64,000 nt of DNA from a bacterium. Its GTDB lineage: Bacteria > UBA8248. Shown one piece after another: positions 26,452 to 58,212 of this stretch; position 1 is the stretch's first letter, and each line of letters opens with the position of its first letter. Location: contig CBDBZY010000051.1 in assembly GCA_965213685.1 (NCBI GenBank), positions 64,001 through 128,000 on the forward strand, in the 5' to 3' direction. The notes beneath the pieces were generated by a model. That model was not told the DNA's origin. It saw only the letters and a program-made list of their open reading frames with translations, and did not search any database. Both the position numbers and the translations under genes were made by a program.

Positions 26452-28240
26452 ATGCATCCCACCTCGCTGCACTGGAGCAGGGCGCTGGCCTGGATCTTCC
26501 CTACCATGATCCTGTCCTCCTACGCCATACAGTCTTGTATGCTGAACGATGCGGAGCTGCTAAAGCAGAGACGGCTGCGCACGCTGAAGAACGGTATCCT
26601 AGCGCAGTTAGGGATCAGCGAGCCGCCCACATACAACGCCACTGAGCCGCTACCGGGAGAAGAATCCATGAAGGACACGTTCAATGCCCTGCGTAGCGCG
26701 AGTGCCAGTCTCGAGCGGGAGAACGAAAGACGCTGCCATTCTGAAGACTTCTACGCTAAACCAGTCACCTCATTCGTAGGGGCATTGTCAGAAGGTAAAA
26801 AACTAATGGTAGAACATGGCAGCATGTGCTCCTGGCACCCGGCAGTTAGGTGCCCTTGGAATATGTTTATGGTAGATACAACACCAAAAAGAGTCAAAAT
26901 ATCCAAGTTTCTTGGATGTTACCACGTTGTGTTGGAGTCAACAGAAGCACCACAAATCCTGGCATTACAGTGAAGTTGCACCATACATGTCGGCTGCAGC
27001 TCCAGCTCCAACCTACTTGGGGCTGCTTGAAATTAGCTGCACTATGCTTTTAAGTCTGGGCAGTGTGCAGAGTGATGTGCAGAGTGTGGTGGATGATAAT
27101 GAAAGACCGCACCACACCAGACCAAGCTGGAAACCTCTCACTGGTCATTGGGGGGGGGGGTTAAGCTGCACAACATAATGTCTTTAGCACCAGACCACCT
27201 CCTGACTATATCTCAGCGAGACGACAGCCTAGTGCTGTGTGTGATAACATTAGCTATTACATGAGTGCCCCACTATTCACCACACTCCCTGGACGTAGCA
27301 CTGTGTACTTTATGCCTCCACCATTCATACCTCGCCTACTGCCTGTTTCCATCCCTCTACAGAAGTGGTCTACACTGCTAGGGCACGACGAGATGTTGGC
27401 AGCACTGACCCTCAGATGAACAATCTCCTCAACAGCTACTTCATCAACTTCAACTTCTCCCTTTCTGATAACCTCTCTGATGTGTCTCGTGCAGACCTTC
27501 TCCTCTACCAGCAGGACTCTGTCCGGCCAGACACTGTGGTCAAGGACCGCAAACAGTACATTGAGATCAGGACCATACTAGCATCCCTCAATCAGAGGTT
27601 TGTGGTGGAAGGGAAGTACATTGACGTGTTTGAGACCGGCTATCAGGTATTTGAGATCACCTCAGCCGTCAAACTGTGGATTGCCAAAGGACTCAATGGT
27701 CCTGTAACACTGGAGGTGAATGTGTTCTGTTACAGTTCCCTTAACTGCAGCCAGTCAGAAGGAGGTCTGAAGCCGGCCAGTGCTTCCTTCCTGTCCTCCC
27801 CATCTGACCGGGACAAGGCCCCTCGAATCATCACTGTCTCCAAGAACCCTTTGGATGTACAGCATCAACAGCGACAGAAGAGGAACACGGAACAGCTGAC
27901 AGGAGTGGGAACCTGCCGCACAAACCAGTCAACATGCTGCCTACAGCATTTAGAACTCAGTTTTCGTGATGACCTGGGGCTGGATTTCATCATCCTCCCA
28001 ACCACATTCACGGCCAACTATTGTGAGGGAGTGTGTCCTGAGGTGATGGGAGGCCAACTGATGACTCCTCGCATTTTTGAGTTATTCAGCAGACTGCCCG
28101 AGACAAATCCGGGCAGCTCTGTGGAGCCATGCTGCACAGGGAACCAATACAAGCCTCTGGAAATTCTCATGCAAAGGGAAGGCGAGTATGTCATAGAAGA
28201 GTTGTCTCATGTGACTGTTCTTTCATGTCGCTGCACTTAA
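26452..28240 (+). CDS. TGF-beta superfamily ligand precursor, copy 1 (exons 26452-26794 and 27363-28240; 406 aa)
   Basis: Signal peptide, prodomain, RQKR furin site, and a nine-cysteine mature cystine knot (C..CC..CxGxC..CC..CxC). Confidence 0.95.
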
Positions 28241-28840
28241 CCTGTCACAGTCATACATGTACTCTCCTGTGGAATGTTATACACTTCTGTCCATCTTCAT
28301 TCACTGGTTCATTTCCAATTAAATTTTATTATAATCATATTAATCATTCGCCTTTTATTAATAAAAGATGATTTATCAAAAGAAACTCCACTGTAACGGC
28401 CTCTGCAGTATGCTATGTGATATCTATGCATGCTTCTGTATGGTGCGAGTATAAGGATGTCAGTGTCTAGATCAAGTGGATGGATGCCGCGAGACACGCT
28501 ACGCCTTTCCGTATAATCTCCGTATACCACATCTGACGAGCGCCTGAATTTCATTCCGGCACAGTGTTCGGCACTAGATGTGAGGATTTATTACGTTGTT
28601 CTGGGGCACTAGTACAGTTTGCATGCTTTAGCAAATTTTCAGGAAACTCCCAACATTATTTGCAGTCCACACGTACCAAGTCCATCAGAATGCAGTCGAG
28701 AAACGGAAATGACGTCATATTTGTAGTTTCATGTGGGCGTACAATTCTAATATTCCTTCTTATTGCTTTCTACTTATAAAACGCACGCCATGCTAAACGT
28801 TTGTTTACAATTTATCGTTAGCTCCGCGCTCTCAGCTGGC

Positions 28841-28848
28841 TATAAAAG
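28841..28848 (+). promoter_or_regulatory. TATA box of TGF-beta copy 2
   Basis: TATAAAAG with an Inr-like TTACTCC whose A lies 30 bp downstream. Confidence 0.6.
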
Positions 28849-28905
28849 GTAGCAGCGTGGCATGAAGATTACTCCCTAAACCAAACTGTCTTGGAGCTGA
28901 GGAAC

Positions 28906-30506
28906 ATGCATCTCACCTCGCTGCACTGGAGCAGGGCGCTGGCCTGGATCTTCCCTACCATGATCCTGTCCTCCTACGCCATACAGTCTTGTATGCTGAA
29001 CGATGCGGAGCTGCTAAAGCAGAGACGGCTACGCACGCTGAGGAACAGCATCCTGGCGCAGTTAGGGATCAGCGAGCCTCCAACCGACATCGCCACTGAG
29101 CCGCTACCGGGAGAAGAATCCATGAAGGACACGTTCAATGCCCTGCGTAGCGCGAGTGCCAGTCTCGAGCGGGAGAACGAAAGACGCTGCCATTCTGAAG
29201 ACTTCTACGCTAAACCAGTCACCACGTTTGTCGGAACATCGTCAGACGGTAAGATACACAAATCGCTCTGCATGAGGTGCGCCCTGCAGTGAGCTACTAG
29301 CTAATGGCGGAGGAACGTATAGCAAGCGCAGCAGCCAACGGACGTTCTTACGTTACATGCAATTCCACAACATCCTCCGTTGTGAGCATGTTTTGTTGCC
29401 TCCACAGAAGCACTATAAAATGCCTGCACGGAGCTGTTGCCCTTTCAGTGGGAAATGTAACATCTGCTAAATGTAATTTGTAGTGTATGCGAATTAGCTA
29501 TAGGCTATCCTCTCAAGTACAGACAAGCACTTAACACATAGTTAAGTCTGAGTGGCTCTCAGCAGCTAACCAGGTAAAGGGGTGTGTGATTGCTGTCAGC
29601 ATCCTGTCTCTCTTCCATCCCTCTACAGAAGTGGTCTACACTGCTAGGGCACGACGAGATGTTGGCAGCACTGACCCTCAGATGAACAATCTCCTCAACA
29701 GCTACTTCATCAACTTCAACTTCTCCCTTTCTGATAACCTCTCTGATGTGTCTCGTGCAGACCTTCTCCTCTACCAGCAGGACTCTGTCCGGCCAGACAC
29801 TGTGGTCAAGGACCGCAAACAGTACGTTGAGATCAGGACCATACTAGCATCCCTCAATCAGAGGTTTGTGGTGGAAGGGAAGTACATTGACGTGTTTGAG
29901 ACCGGCTATCAGGTATTTGAGATCACCTCAGCCGTCAAACTGTGGATTGCCAAAGGACTCAATGGTCCTGTAACACTGGAGGTGAATGTGTTCTGTTACA
30001 GTTCCCTTAACTGCAGCCAGTCAGAAGGAGATCTGAAGCCGGCCAGTGTTTCCTTCCTGCCCTCCCCATCTGATTTGTACAAGGCCCCTCGAATCATCAC
30101 TGTCTCCAAGAACCCTTTGGATGTGCAGCATCAACAGCGACAGAAGAGGAACACGGAACAGCTGACAGGAGTGGGAACCTGCCACGTCAATCAGTCAACA
30201 TGCTGCCTACAGCACTTAGAACTCAGCTTTCGTGATGATCTGGGGCTGGATTTCATCATCCTCCCTGTCAATTTCACGGCCAACTATTGTGAGGGAGTGT
30301 GTCCTGAGATGACAGGAGGCCAACTGATGACTCCTCACATCTTTGAACTATTCAGCAGACTGCCCGAGACAAATCCGGGCAGCTCTGTGGAGCCATGCTG
30401 CACAGGGAACCAATACAAGCCTCTGGAAATTCTCATGCAAAGGGAAGGCGAGTATGTCATAGAAGAGTTGTCTCATGTGACTGTTCTTTCATGTCGCTGC
30501 ACTTAA
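28906..30506 (+). CDS. TGF-beta superfamily ligand precursor, copy 2 (exons 28906-29248 and 29629-30506; 406 aa)
   Basis: Near-identical tandem paralogue of copy 1 with the same exon lengths. Confidence 0.95.
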
Positions 30507-30915
30507 CCTGCCACAGTCACATTCTCCCCTTCTCAGTGCATGTAGATCACCCCCACATCATCAACCAATCAATCATTTTCTAATTTACAATTTTCACATT
30601 CCTTATGTATAAAAAATTGTCACTTGTAGCTCTTCATCCTGATAATACATGAGTCAGATAATACAATGAGTTATGTATATAAACACACTCTTGGTCTACT
30701 GTACAACTAATGAGTAAGACTGCACAAGAGAGCCCAATAGAATAGAAATGTAGCAGTAGCTATATACTGAGCAGATGGTGGAGACAGTACACATAATGAA
30801 CACAAGTACAGGTCAAGGCATTACAATGTGGTGTGGGACTGAGCTAGAGAGTTAGTTAAGAGTATAATATGATCAGAATATGAGAAACTGCTGCGCTGTT
30901 GTGGAGGGAGGGGCA

Positions 30916-41013
<10,098 letters not shown>

Positions 41014-41293
41014 GGCTCCTGGCGGTTAGCAACACCGCAACAGGTAATTAGCTGCTCCAAACACACAAAGAATCGTACAATTAGAACAGAACGCGCGGTC
41101 TGCAACTCGTGCGGCTCTGCCAGGGAGGCCTCGGCGACGGTCGCTCGTTGCGGAGAAACTTGGACAGTCTGCGGACTCAGCTAAGCTGGGAAAGTTGCCG
41201 ATATTCTCTTGCAGACGCTTTCCCTCACTCCATATTCCGACCGGACGCCATATAACCACAGACGCGTTGTTAAGCGCACGTGAGCACCAGGAA

Positions 41294-44200
41294 ATGGCTG
41301 GAAGGATCCGGGCCTCGCGACACCTTCCCAGGAATACAGCGCCCGTGCTCCCGAGACTACAAAGTTACGTCTCTCAAAGCCTTTCGGAATTGGCGGAGAG
41401 GCTCGTGGAGTGTTCGAGAGAGGAGAAGAGCCAGAACCTGACCTCCAAGACGAGAGACGTTGTGTACGTGCTGAAGGTACATAAATTACGTCATGCGTCC
41501 AACGCCCACTCGTTCCGTGGGAAAAATGGTGTGGGAGCCCTCCTGGGCCTCCTGTCCCTGTGCTCGGGGAGGGAGGGGAGGGACAGGGGACTGCTGCTTA
41601 GCACGCTGGGAAACTTGTGTGCCCTGGACAAAGGCACCCGCACTGAGGTTGGCCAGAGGGGAGGAGGGAGAGGAGGATGCAATGAGTGAAATTGTTTTGC
41701 TCTTGTTTTGCAGGTCATCAGTAGCGGACTTACAGATGTTGGTGAGTCCTGACAAGTGTATGTACATGTGTCCCTCACGTGTGCACCTCCTCCTCCTCCT
41801 GCAGTCTCCGTCTTGCAGCACAGCAGCTTCCCGGAGACACTGTGCACTGTGTGCCGCCTCTTGGCCAACCTGGCAATGGACAGAGAAAACATACCTCTCC
41901 TGCAGCAGAAGGGTGTGGTCAGAGAGCTCTGCCACGCCCTGCTCTTCCAGGCGGCATCTGATTCCGGGTCTCAGCAGAGCATCCTGCGAGCGTTGCGGCT
42001 GCTCTGTGGCAGCTGCAGGGGCCGGGAGGAGGTGAAGTGCTCTGGCGGACTGTCTGGCATCATAGACTGCCTCAGGTCTGGGGAAGAGGAGGTGGCAGTC
42101 AGTGCCTTGAAGGCACTGGGGGCCATTCTGCAGGACAGGGACCCAGACGTGATCCAGGCCCTTGCGTCCCACGCTGGGCTGCCTCGTGTCGTGCTCTTGT
42201 GTCGCCATGCGAGGATTGAGGTGGCCAGCATGGCTATGGAGGTGCTGGTGACCTGTGCCAAGTGCTCAGAGGGACGGGTGGCCCTCAGCAGTGCCGGTGG
42301 AGTCGAGTGTCTCCTGCAGCACCTGGAGAGATGCGGCCCCTCCTCGCAGCAGTTCCCCTCAGTGGTGGAGGCCCTGTGTGCCTGCTGCAGAGATGTGCTG
42401 GGCAGGCAGAGGTTGCGGGACAGTGGAGGACTGGAACGGCTCATTCAGATGCTCTCAGACCCAACACTGGCAGCCCTTCATGGGGACATCCTTGCCGCTC
42501 TGGTCTGTTACTATTTTGATGAGTTGAGTCTGAAGCTGATGGTGAAGAAGCTGGGGCTGCTGAGGGCCCTCACCTGCCACCTGCAGCAGATGACAGCAAA
42601 GTCACGCAGTCTGCAAGAAGGAGGAGGGGGAGGGGAGGAGGGGGAGGGGGTGGGAGAGGAGGAAACAATGGAGGAACTCCTGGAAGTGGGAGCAACCACC
42701 CATGAACCAGACCTTGTGCCACCACAGGAGAGGTCAGAGGGCAGTGCTCCTTATCCCTGTGCTGTCACTCCTCACGAGCTCTCTCCCCTGGCCAGCTGCT
42801 CCAGTAGAGACACACCTCTGATGGAGGGCACTCCGTCCTTATCTTCTGACACAGCCGATGGTGAGAATCGGGGGGAGGAGTCGTCTCATAGCAACCAAGG
42901 AAGCCAATGTTCTCTCTCCACCACCCGGCACTCTCCCTCCCCTCTTCCTTCACCCCAATCACACTCCTCAACCTCACACCACTCATACCCCTCCACCAGT
43001 CCACCCTCACCTTACCAGTGCCCCTCCCCCTCCCCCTCCTCCTCCCCCTCCTCCCACACCTCTCCATCCTATCCCAGTTCTCCCTCCCCCTCTCCTCACG
43101 ACGAGGCTCAGCCTCCCTCCAAGCGGCCCCGGCTCAGCTCTGACTTTGAGTTCTCACGCCCAATGCCAGCCAACTTCATCGACTCCCTCCTCTCCTCCCC
43201 CAACCCCTACCAGTCGCAGTCCAAACCTCCAGACCCACCTCTCGTCCCGGACCTGAGCTCCTCCCTGGAGAGCCAGGTCATCCAGCTCATCTCTCGCGTG
43301 TCTCACCTGCGAGACTGTCTCTGCCATCTTGCCTCCCGGGACCTCCTCCTGGCCCTCCTAGACTGTTTTCTCTCCTCCCCCTCCACACCCAACACCCACA
43401 TCTTCAAGACTCTCTCTCGTGTGTTTGCCAACCCCCACTGCTTCCAGGAGTGTGTTCTGTGCCTCATTCCCTCCAAACTCTACCAGCAGCTCTACTGCTG
43501 TGGCTCCAATGCCACTTGGAGCCTCGATTCCTCTCCCCTTCCCTGTGACGAGCTAGAAGCCACACCCCCATCTCAGACTCTTCTCTCCCCTCCTTATGTC
43601 GTGCAGAGTTCCATCACTCGTCGTTTCTCCACCCCCCTGACCTCCGTTGCCCCTCGCTGCACCAGCCTCAGCTTCATGTGCCAGGAATTGCTGAGTCGGC
43701 TCTCACGAGTGGGGGAATCCCCCTACGGGCAGGGGGTGCTGGCACACATGCTACTGGCCGGGGAGGAGAGGGAGAGGGAGGCCAGCAGCCTCACAGTCCC
43801 ACTGCTCTGCAGGTGAGAGTCTGATTGAGGTGGGCTGGTAAGGTCTCATCATTGGATTATCTCCCTCCCTCCCTCCCTCCCTCCCTCTCTCCCTCCCTCC
43901 CTCCTGCCCTTCCTCCAGAGCTCCCAGAGTGTGCCAGAGGATTATGCTGGACTACAAGGGCCTGGATGTGCTGGTTGACCTAACACACTCTTCATCTGCT
44001 GACCTGCAAGACATGGCCAGTGACTCCCTCCTGGCCCTGGCCTCCACTGTTGACCTCATTGGCCAGAGAAGACAGCAGCGCAGCATCTCCAAAGAGATCA
44101 GCCATGATGGCCAACTGACCCCCTGCAGAGAGCCAGTGCAGTCACTGGTCCCATTCCCATTCCACACTGAACAGGGTCAGGGGTCATCTGTGTGTCGGTA

Positions 44201-44918
44201 CAAGGACTCAGACCACTGGCCGTTTGACTTCACTGTGGCTGTCTGCAGAGACGGCCACACCTCACACCTGCAGCTGCACCGAGCTGTGCTCATGGAGGCC
44301 TCTGAAGTGTTCAGGGTGATGCTAGGTGGGCACTATTTAGAGTCCAGCTATAGTGAGGTTTTCCTTCAGGACATACATCCACTTGCCTTCCAGTCTGTCC
44401 TGCACCATGTGTATGGTTGTGGGTGGCTGTGTGGGAGGGTGGTGGGGGAGGTGATGAGGGAAGGAGAGAGGGAGGAGAGAGAGATCTCCACCCACTCATG
44501 CATGGAAGAATCCAATGACCATTCCAAAGAGACTGAAGCAACCTCTGAACTCGCTGACTCCACCATTACAGCCATCAGTGTGTACTTTGACCTCCCCAGA
44601 GAGAGAGCTGCAGTTACCCACACCTTGCGGACGCTGGCCACAGCCGCACGCTTCCTCCTTCATGACCTCTGTGGCCTGTGCGAAGGGCAGGCAGCCGGCT
44701 ACCTCTCTCCCCTCAATGTGGTGGCCATGTTTGCCTTCTCTCAGCTGCACCAGAGCTGCTGGCTGGCAGAGCAGTGCGTGAGGTGTGTGGTGGGCCTGCC
44801 CCCCTCCCTCCAGCGCAGGGCATGTCTGCAGAGGCTGCTCTCCTCAGCCGAGGGTCCCACAGCTCTGGACATGATCCAACGATTCATCAGTGCACAGTTG
44901 GTGCACCAAACTCCATAG
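41294..44918 (+). CDS. ARMC5: Armadillo-repeat plus C-terminal BTB protein, ARMC5-like (exons 41294-41647, 41714-41741, 41805-43812, 43919-44918)
   Basis: ARM repeats (TLGNLC, CRLLANLA, QQSILRALRLL, SAGGVECL, RQRLRDSGGLERLI), a Ser/Pro-rich linker, and a BTB domain (LHRAVLMEASEVFRVMLGGHYLES). Confidence 0.85.
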
Positions 44919-45376
44919 CCAAGACACTGTGATGGAATGATTGCTGTACACAATCTTATGCACATGTACACTCATTTCACTGTACATTCCGCCATTGCAG
45001 TATACCCAACAAGGATGTACGTATGTGTAGCATGTAGCAATGCATCCCGTGCTAGGGGGCAGGCTACAATCATATGCTCGAGTGGCAGCCACATGACATG
45101 CCACACACACATACACACACCATGCATGTGATTGTGAGGTAAATGACATCATCACATAATGGACAACTGGAAGTACAAAAGGTTAATTAACAGCAGAATC
45201 CTAACACTGCAGTAGCCACTATACACACACTCAACACACACACACACACACTCATCAGTATTAGAGACCAGCAGGTCACGCTTACTACCTCCATACACAT
45301 ACAAAACATACAATTATATATACAAACACTTGACATTGGTGACAGTCCACTAGAGTACTCTAGTCAGTGTCTTCCT

Positions 45377-51969
<6,593 letters not shown>

Positions 51970-52052
51970 CGCTCTCCTGTACTGACCTTCCGTTCACTAC
52001 TATAAATGCAAGACTACTTTATAGCTCTCCCGAAATTACACGTCACGCACTG

Positions 52053-52072
52053 TGCACGTGATATCACGTGCA
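52053..52072. promoter_or_regulatory. Perfect 20-bp palindrome with two CACGTG E-boxes
   Basis: TGCACGTGATATCACGTGCA, 84-103 bp upstream of the kinase ATG. Confidence 0.6.
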
Positions 52073-52727
52073 AACGGAGGCTGGACAGCCACGCCTTTAA
52101 CTTCGCAGCGCTGGGAGCCTTTAATACAGTAAATACTTCCCAATCTTGCAGATCATTCCTTTGTGGGTCCACAACATTTCAGCAAAGCAACGCAACTGTA
52201 CTCAAGTTAGCATGAACATAAACTTAGGCGTACAGATTCACATTCAATTGCTGTTCACACTGAACTGCAAAGTCCTAGCTACTGCTAGTGGGCTACGTTT
52301 TTCAATCAAGTGTAGCAGGAACTCACAAGGGTAGCGCGTACATCGGTTGTCGGAGCGACACCTCACAACATAGAGACCTCACAAACGTGCTTCACGCGTG
52401 TAGCACTACGAATATAGTAGCTATTTCAGTGCTTGAGTTGCCGCGTTTAGCTGAGGGATTTCTGTCCCCCAAGTAGTCGACTTTCTCGCTCTGCAGCTCG
52501 CCCGGCCGGCATGCATACCTAGAACCTGGAACCGGCCTTACGTACATGTACGTACATACGTACCTACTTACGTGCACATAGGGCCCGCCGCTCTATACCC
52601 ACGTTCCCACGCCCCGCCCCGAAAAACCGATTTTCGGGGCGGGCTACAGGGTACCACGCCCCTAACTTGCGACCCTGGCCGCTCCACCCTTTAGCCTTGA
52701 ATATGCATCCTCCCCCCGCACTCGGAA

Positions 52728-53845
52728 ATGAGCAGCTGCAGTAGACTACCTAAAATGCTGTCTCTAAAAGATGTGGCCGCCTTACTTCTGCCGGGTACCC
52801 TTCTGTTTGCTGGCCTCTACTTATACCGAAACCCTTCGCCTCAGCTTACTGCTCGTTCTGTCGACCTGCCCCTCGCAGTACCGGATTTGACTCTGACTGG
52901 CAAAAACCATTGTTCGGACCGAGAATGTACGCAATATCTGACAAAACGCGACAGGAGTCAATTGAAGGAGTGCGAGTTGAAGCTACGAGAACTGGACGTC
53001 CAGCCTTTTCGGGGAAGCAACTGTAGATTCAGGAATGGAACGGGTAAGATGGCCGTAGCGCTGGTCAGCTTCCCTGGCTCGGGTAACACTTGGGTGCGCA
53101 GCCTGCTGGAGAGAATTACTGGCGTGTGTACTGGGTCAAACGTCTGTGACGTCAGCCTCAGAGCAAGCGGCTTCATCGGCGAGTTCGCTGATAGCAGTTC
53201 TCTTTTGGTAGTCAAGACTCACCAGCCGTACCCACGCTGGGCCAGGGACACACGTCATTACGAGGAGGAGATGTTCAACAAGGCAGTGGTGCTTGTCCGC
53301 AACCCTTTCCATGCCCTCGTTGCAGAGTGGCACCGCAGAGTGGCTAACGGGCTCATGGCCAGTACGGTGAACGTACACAGTCACGTTGCCCGGGCAGGAC
53401 CAGAGTGGTTTGGTAAGCTTGTCCACGTGAGCCAGTGTGCCCATGGTATCCCTCTCTCCTTGCTGCAGGTCATAATCCATTGTGGGAGAAGTACTTGAAA
53501 GTGAAATCAACTCTCTGGAGATTAGTAATAAAGCACTGGGTGCTGGAGTCGGACCCTGAGAGAGTTCTTCTTGTTCACTATGAGGACCTTGTGAATGACA
53601 CTTATCATGAACTGGTGCGTATGTTGGACTTCATATCACAGCCGTACAACCGCCACAATGTTCAGAAATCTCTTGGCTCTGATTCTGACCTTTTCCACCG
53701 ACAGCACACATCAGCCTTTGAGCATTTTACTGAAGAGCAGTACAAGTCCATTTCTGAAATGTTGTCAGACACCATGTCTGCAGTAGGTCGTAGCAACTAC
53801 CGGGGAAAGTTGAAACTCCAGCAGTACAAACACACACATTTGTAG
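52728..53845 (+). CDS. Type II membrane sulfotransferase of the WSCD1/2 family (no WSC domain seen), 2 exons; start may be 52755
   Basis: N-terminal TM segment; ALVSFPGSGNTWVR.LLE..TG..TGS, VVKTH, VLVRNPFHALVAEW, LLVHYEDL; intron 53413-53468. Confidence 0.88.
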
Positions 53846-54198
53846 TCACATCCATAGCATGATAATGCATATTTATAATCAAAATTAATGTATAATTTTC
53901 AAGCAAACTGAGACATAATAATAACACATACTATAACATACAATTTTCCAAGCCACAGAGGTAACTGTATAAAACTCAGTTAATAATTGCTGGTCTGATT
54001 ATCATGCAAGTTTTAAGCAGTAAAACCCGGTACACATAATTATACAGTGTATATACACAAGCCACAATGCATCAGTCACTTGGCCGGGCTGCAATGCACA
54101 GTACAAAATATTAGCAACTATCTGGTGTAATGGGATAGGCAAGCATCAAAATATGTTCATTCTGCAGAGCTAATTTGACCTAGAGTGGGCAGGAGTGG

Positions 54199-57474
<3,276 letters not shown>

Positions 57475-57949
57475 CTTGTCTCCTGTCCCCTACACCGGCT
57501 GCACCACGCGCACTGGACGGAAACAGAGGAAATCGTCACACCCATCTGAGCTACTCTAAACAGAGCCCACCACACCACAGTTCGGCATTCCTACGGCACA
57601 CACTAGCTATAGTACTCACGACACACTCACAATGTCTTACCCTTCTTCCCTTTACCATGCGCGGGGCCACACGAGCTCACAGCTGCCTACTAACACGGCA
57701 GACTTCACTACGGTACGTTTACCCGGTAACTTGCTTCCTACGTTACTGGCCTAACAACTACGTCTTGGACTGTGCACGCTGTAAGATAACGGAGCACCGC
57801 CTCTGTGTTAGGTTAGGAAGAATGCTTCGAGTTTCCCACCGTCGCCGTGACATTCAGACATCAAAAATCGCCATATTTCGCGCTCATGTGATCCTCCGTG
57901 CATCGCAGCAAAACCCGAGTACGCATGCGCAGAGCGTAGCAGGTGTACG

Positions 57950-58197
57950 ATGGCAGAGAATGTGACCGGGGCCGCGATAGGAACCACGCCGTGCGAGTAC
58001 AGAGCATTGAAGGAGTGCTTGGACAAGAACAACGGGAAGAGGGAGAAGTGCGAGAAAGAGTGGCAAGAATTCCAGAACGCTTGTGCCAGCAACAAAAAGT
58101 GGGATTTACTCAAAGGTTACAGGTGGACGTGCATATTGAGGTTTGTTTCTTTCACAGGTTGGCTGCTCAAGGAAAGCTGTTACTTCCACCCGAGTAG
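57950..58197 (+). CDS. Small cysteine alpha-hairpin (CHCH/CX9C-like) protein, about 62 aa if intron 58099-58157 is spliced
   Basis: Strong Kozak (ACGATGG); PCEYRALKECLDKNNGKREKCEKEWQEFQNAC four-Cys helical hairpin pattern (CX7C...CX10C). Confidence 0.7.
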
Positions 58198-58212
58198 ATT
58201 GCTGAGGAAGTA

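Noticed and set aside
28906-30506. Second TGF-beta copy as a haplotype or assembly duplication artefact
   Set aside because: Introns, promoters and 3' flanks differ extensively, which an artefactual duplication would not produce.
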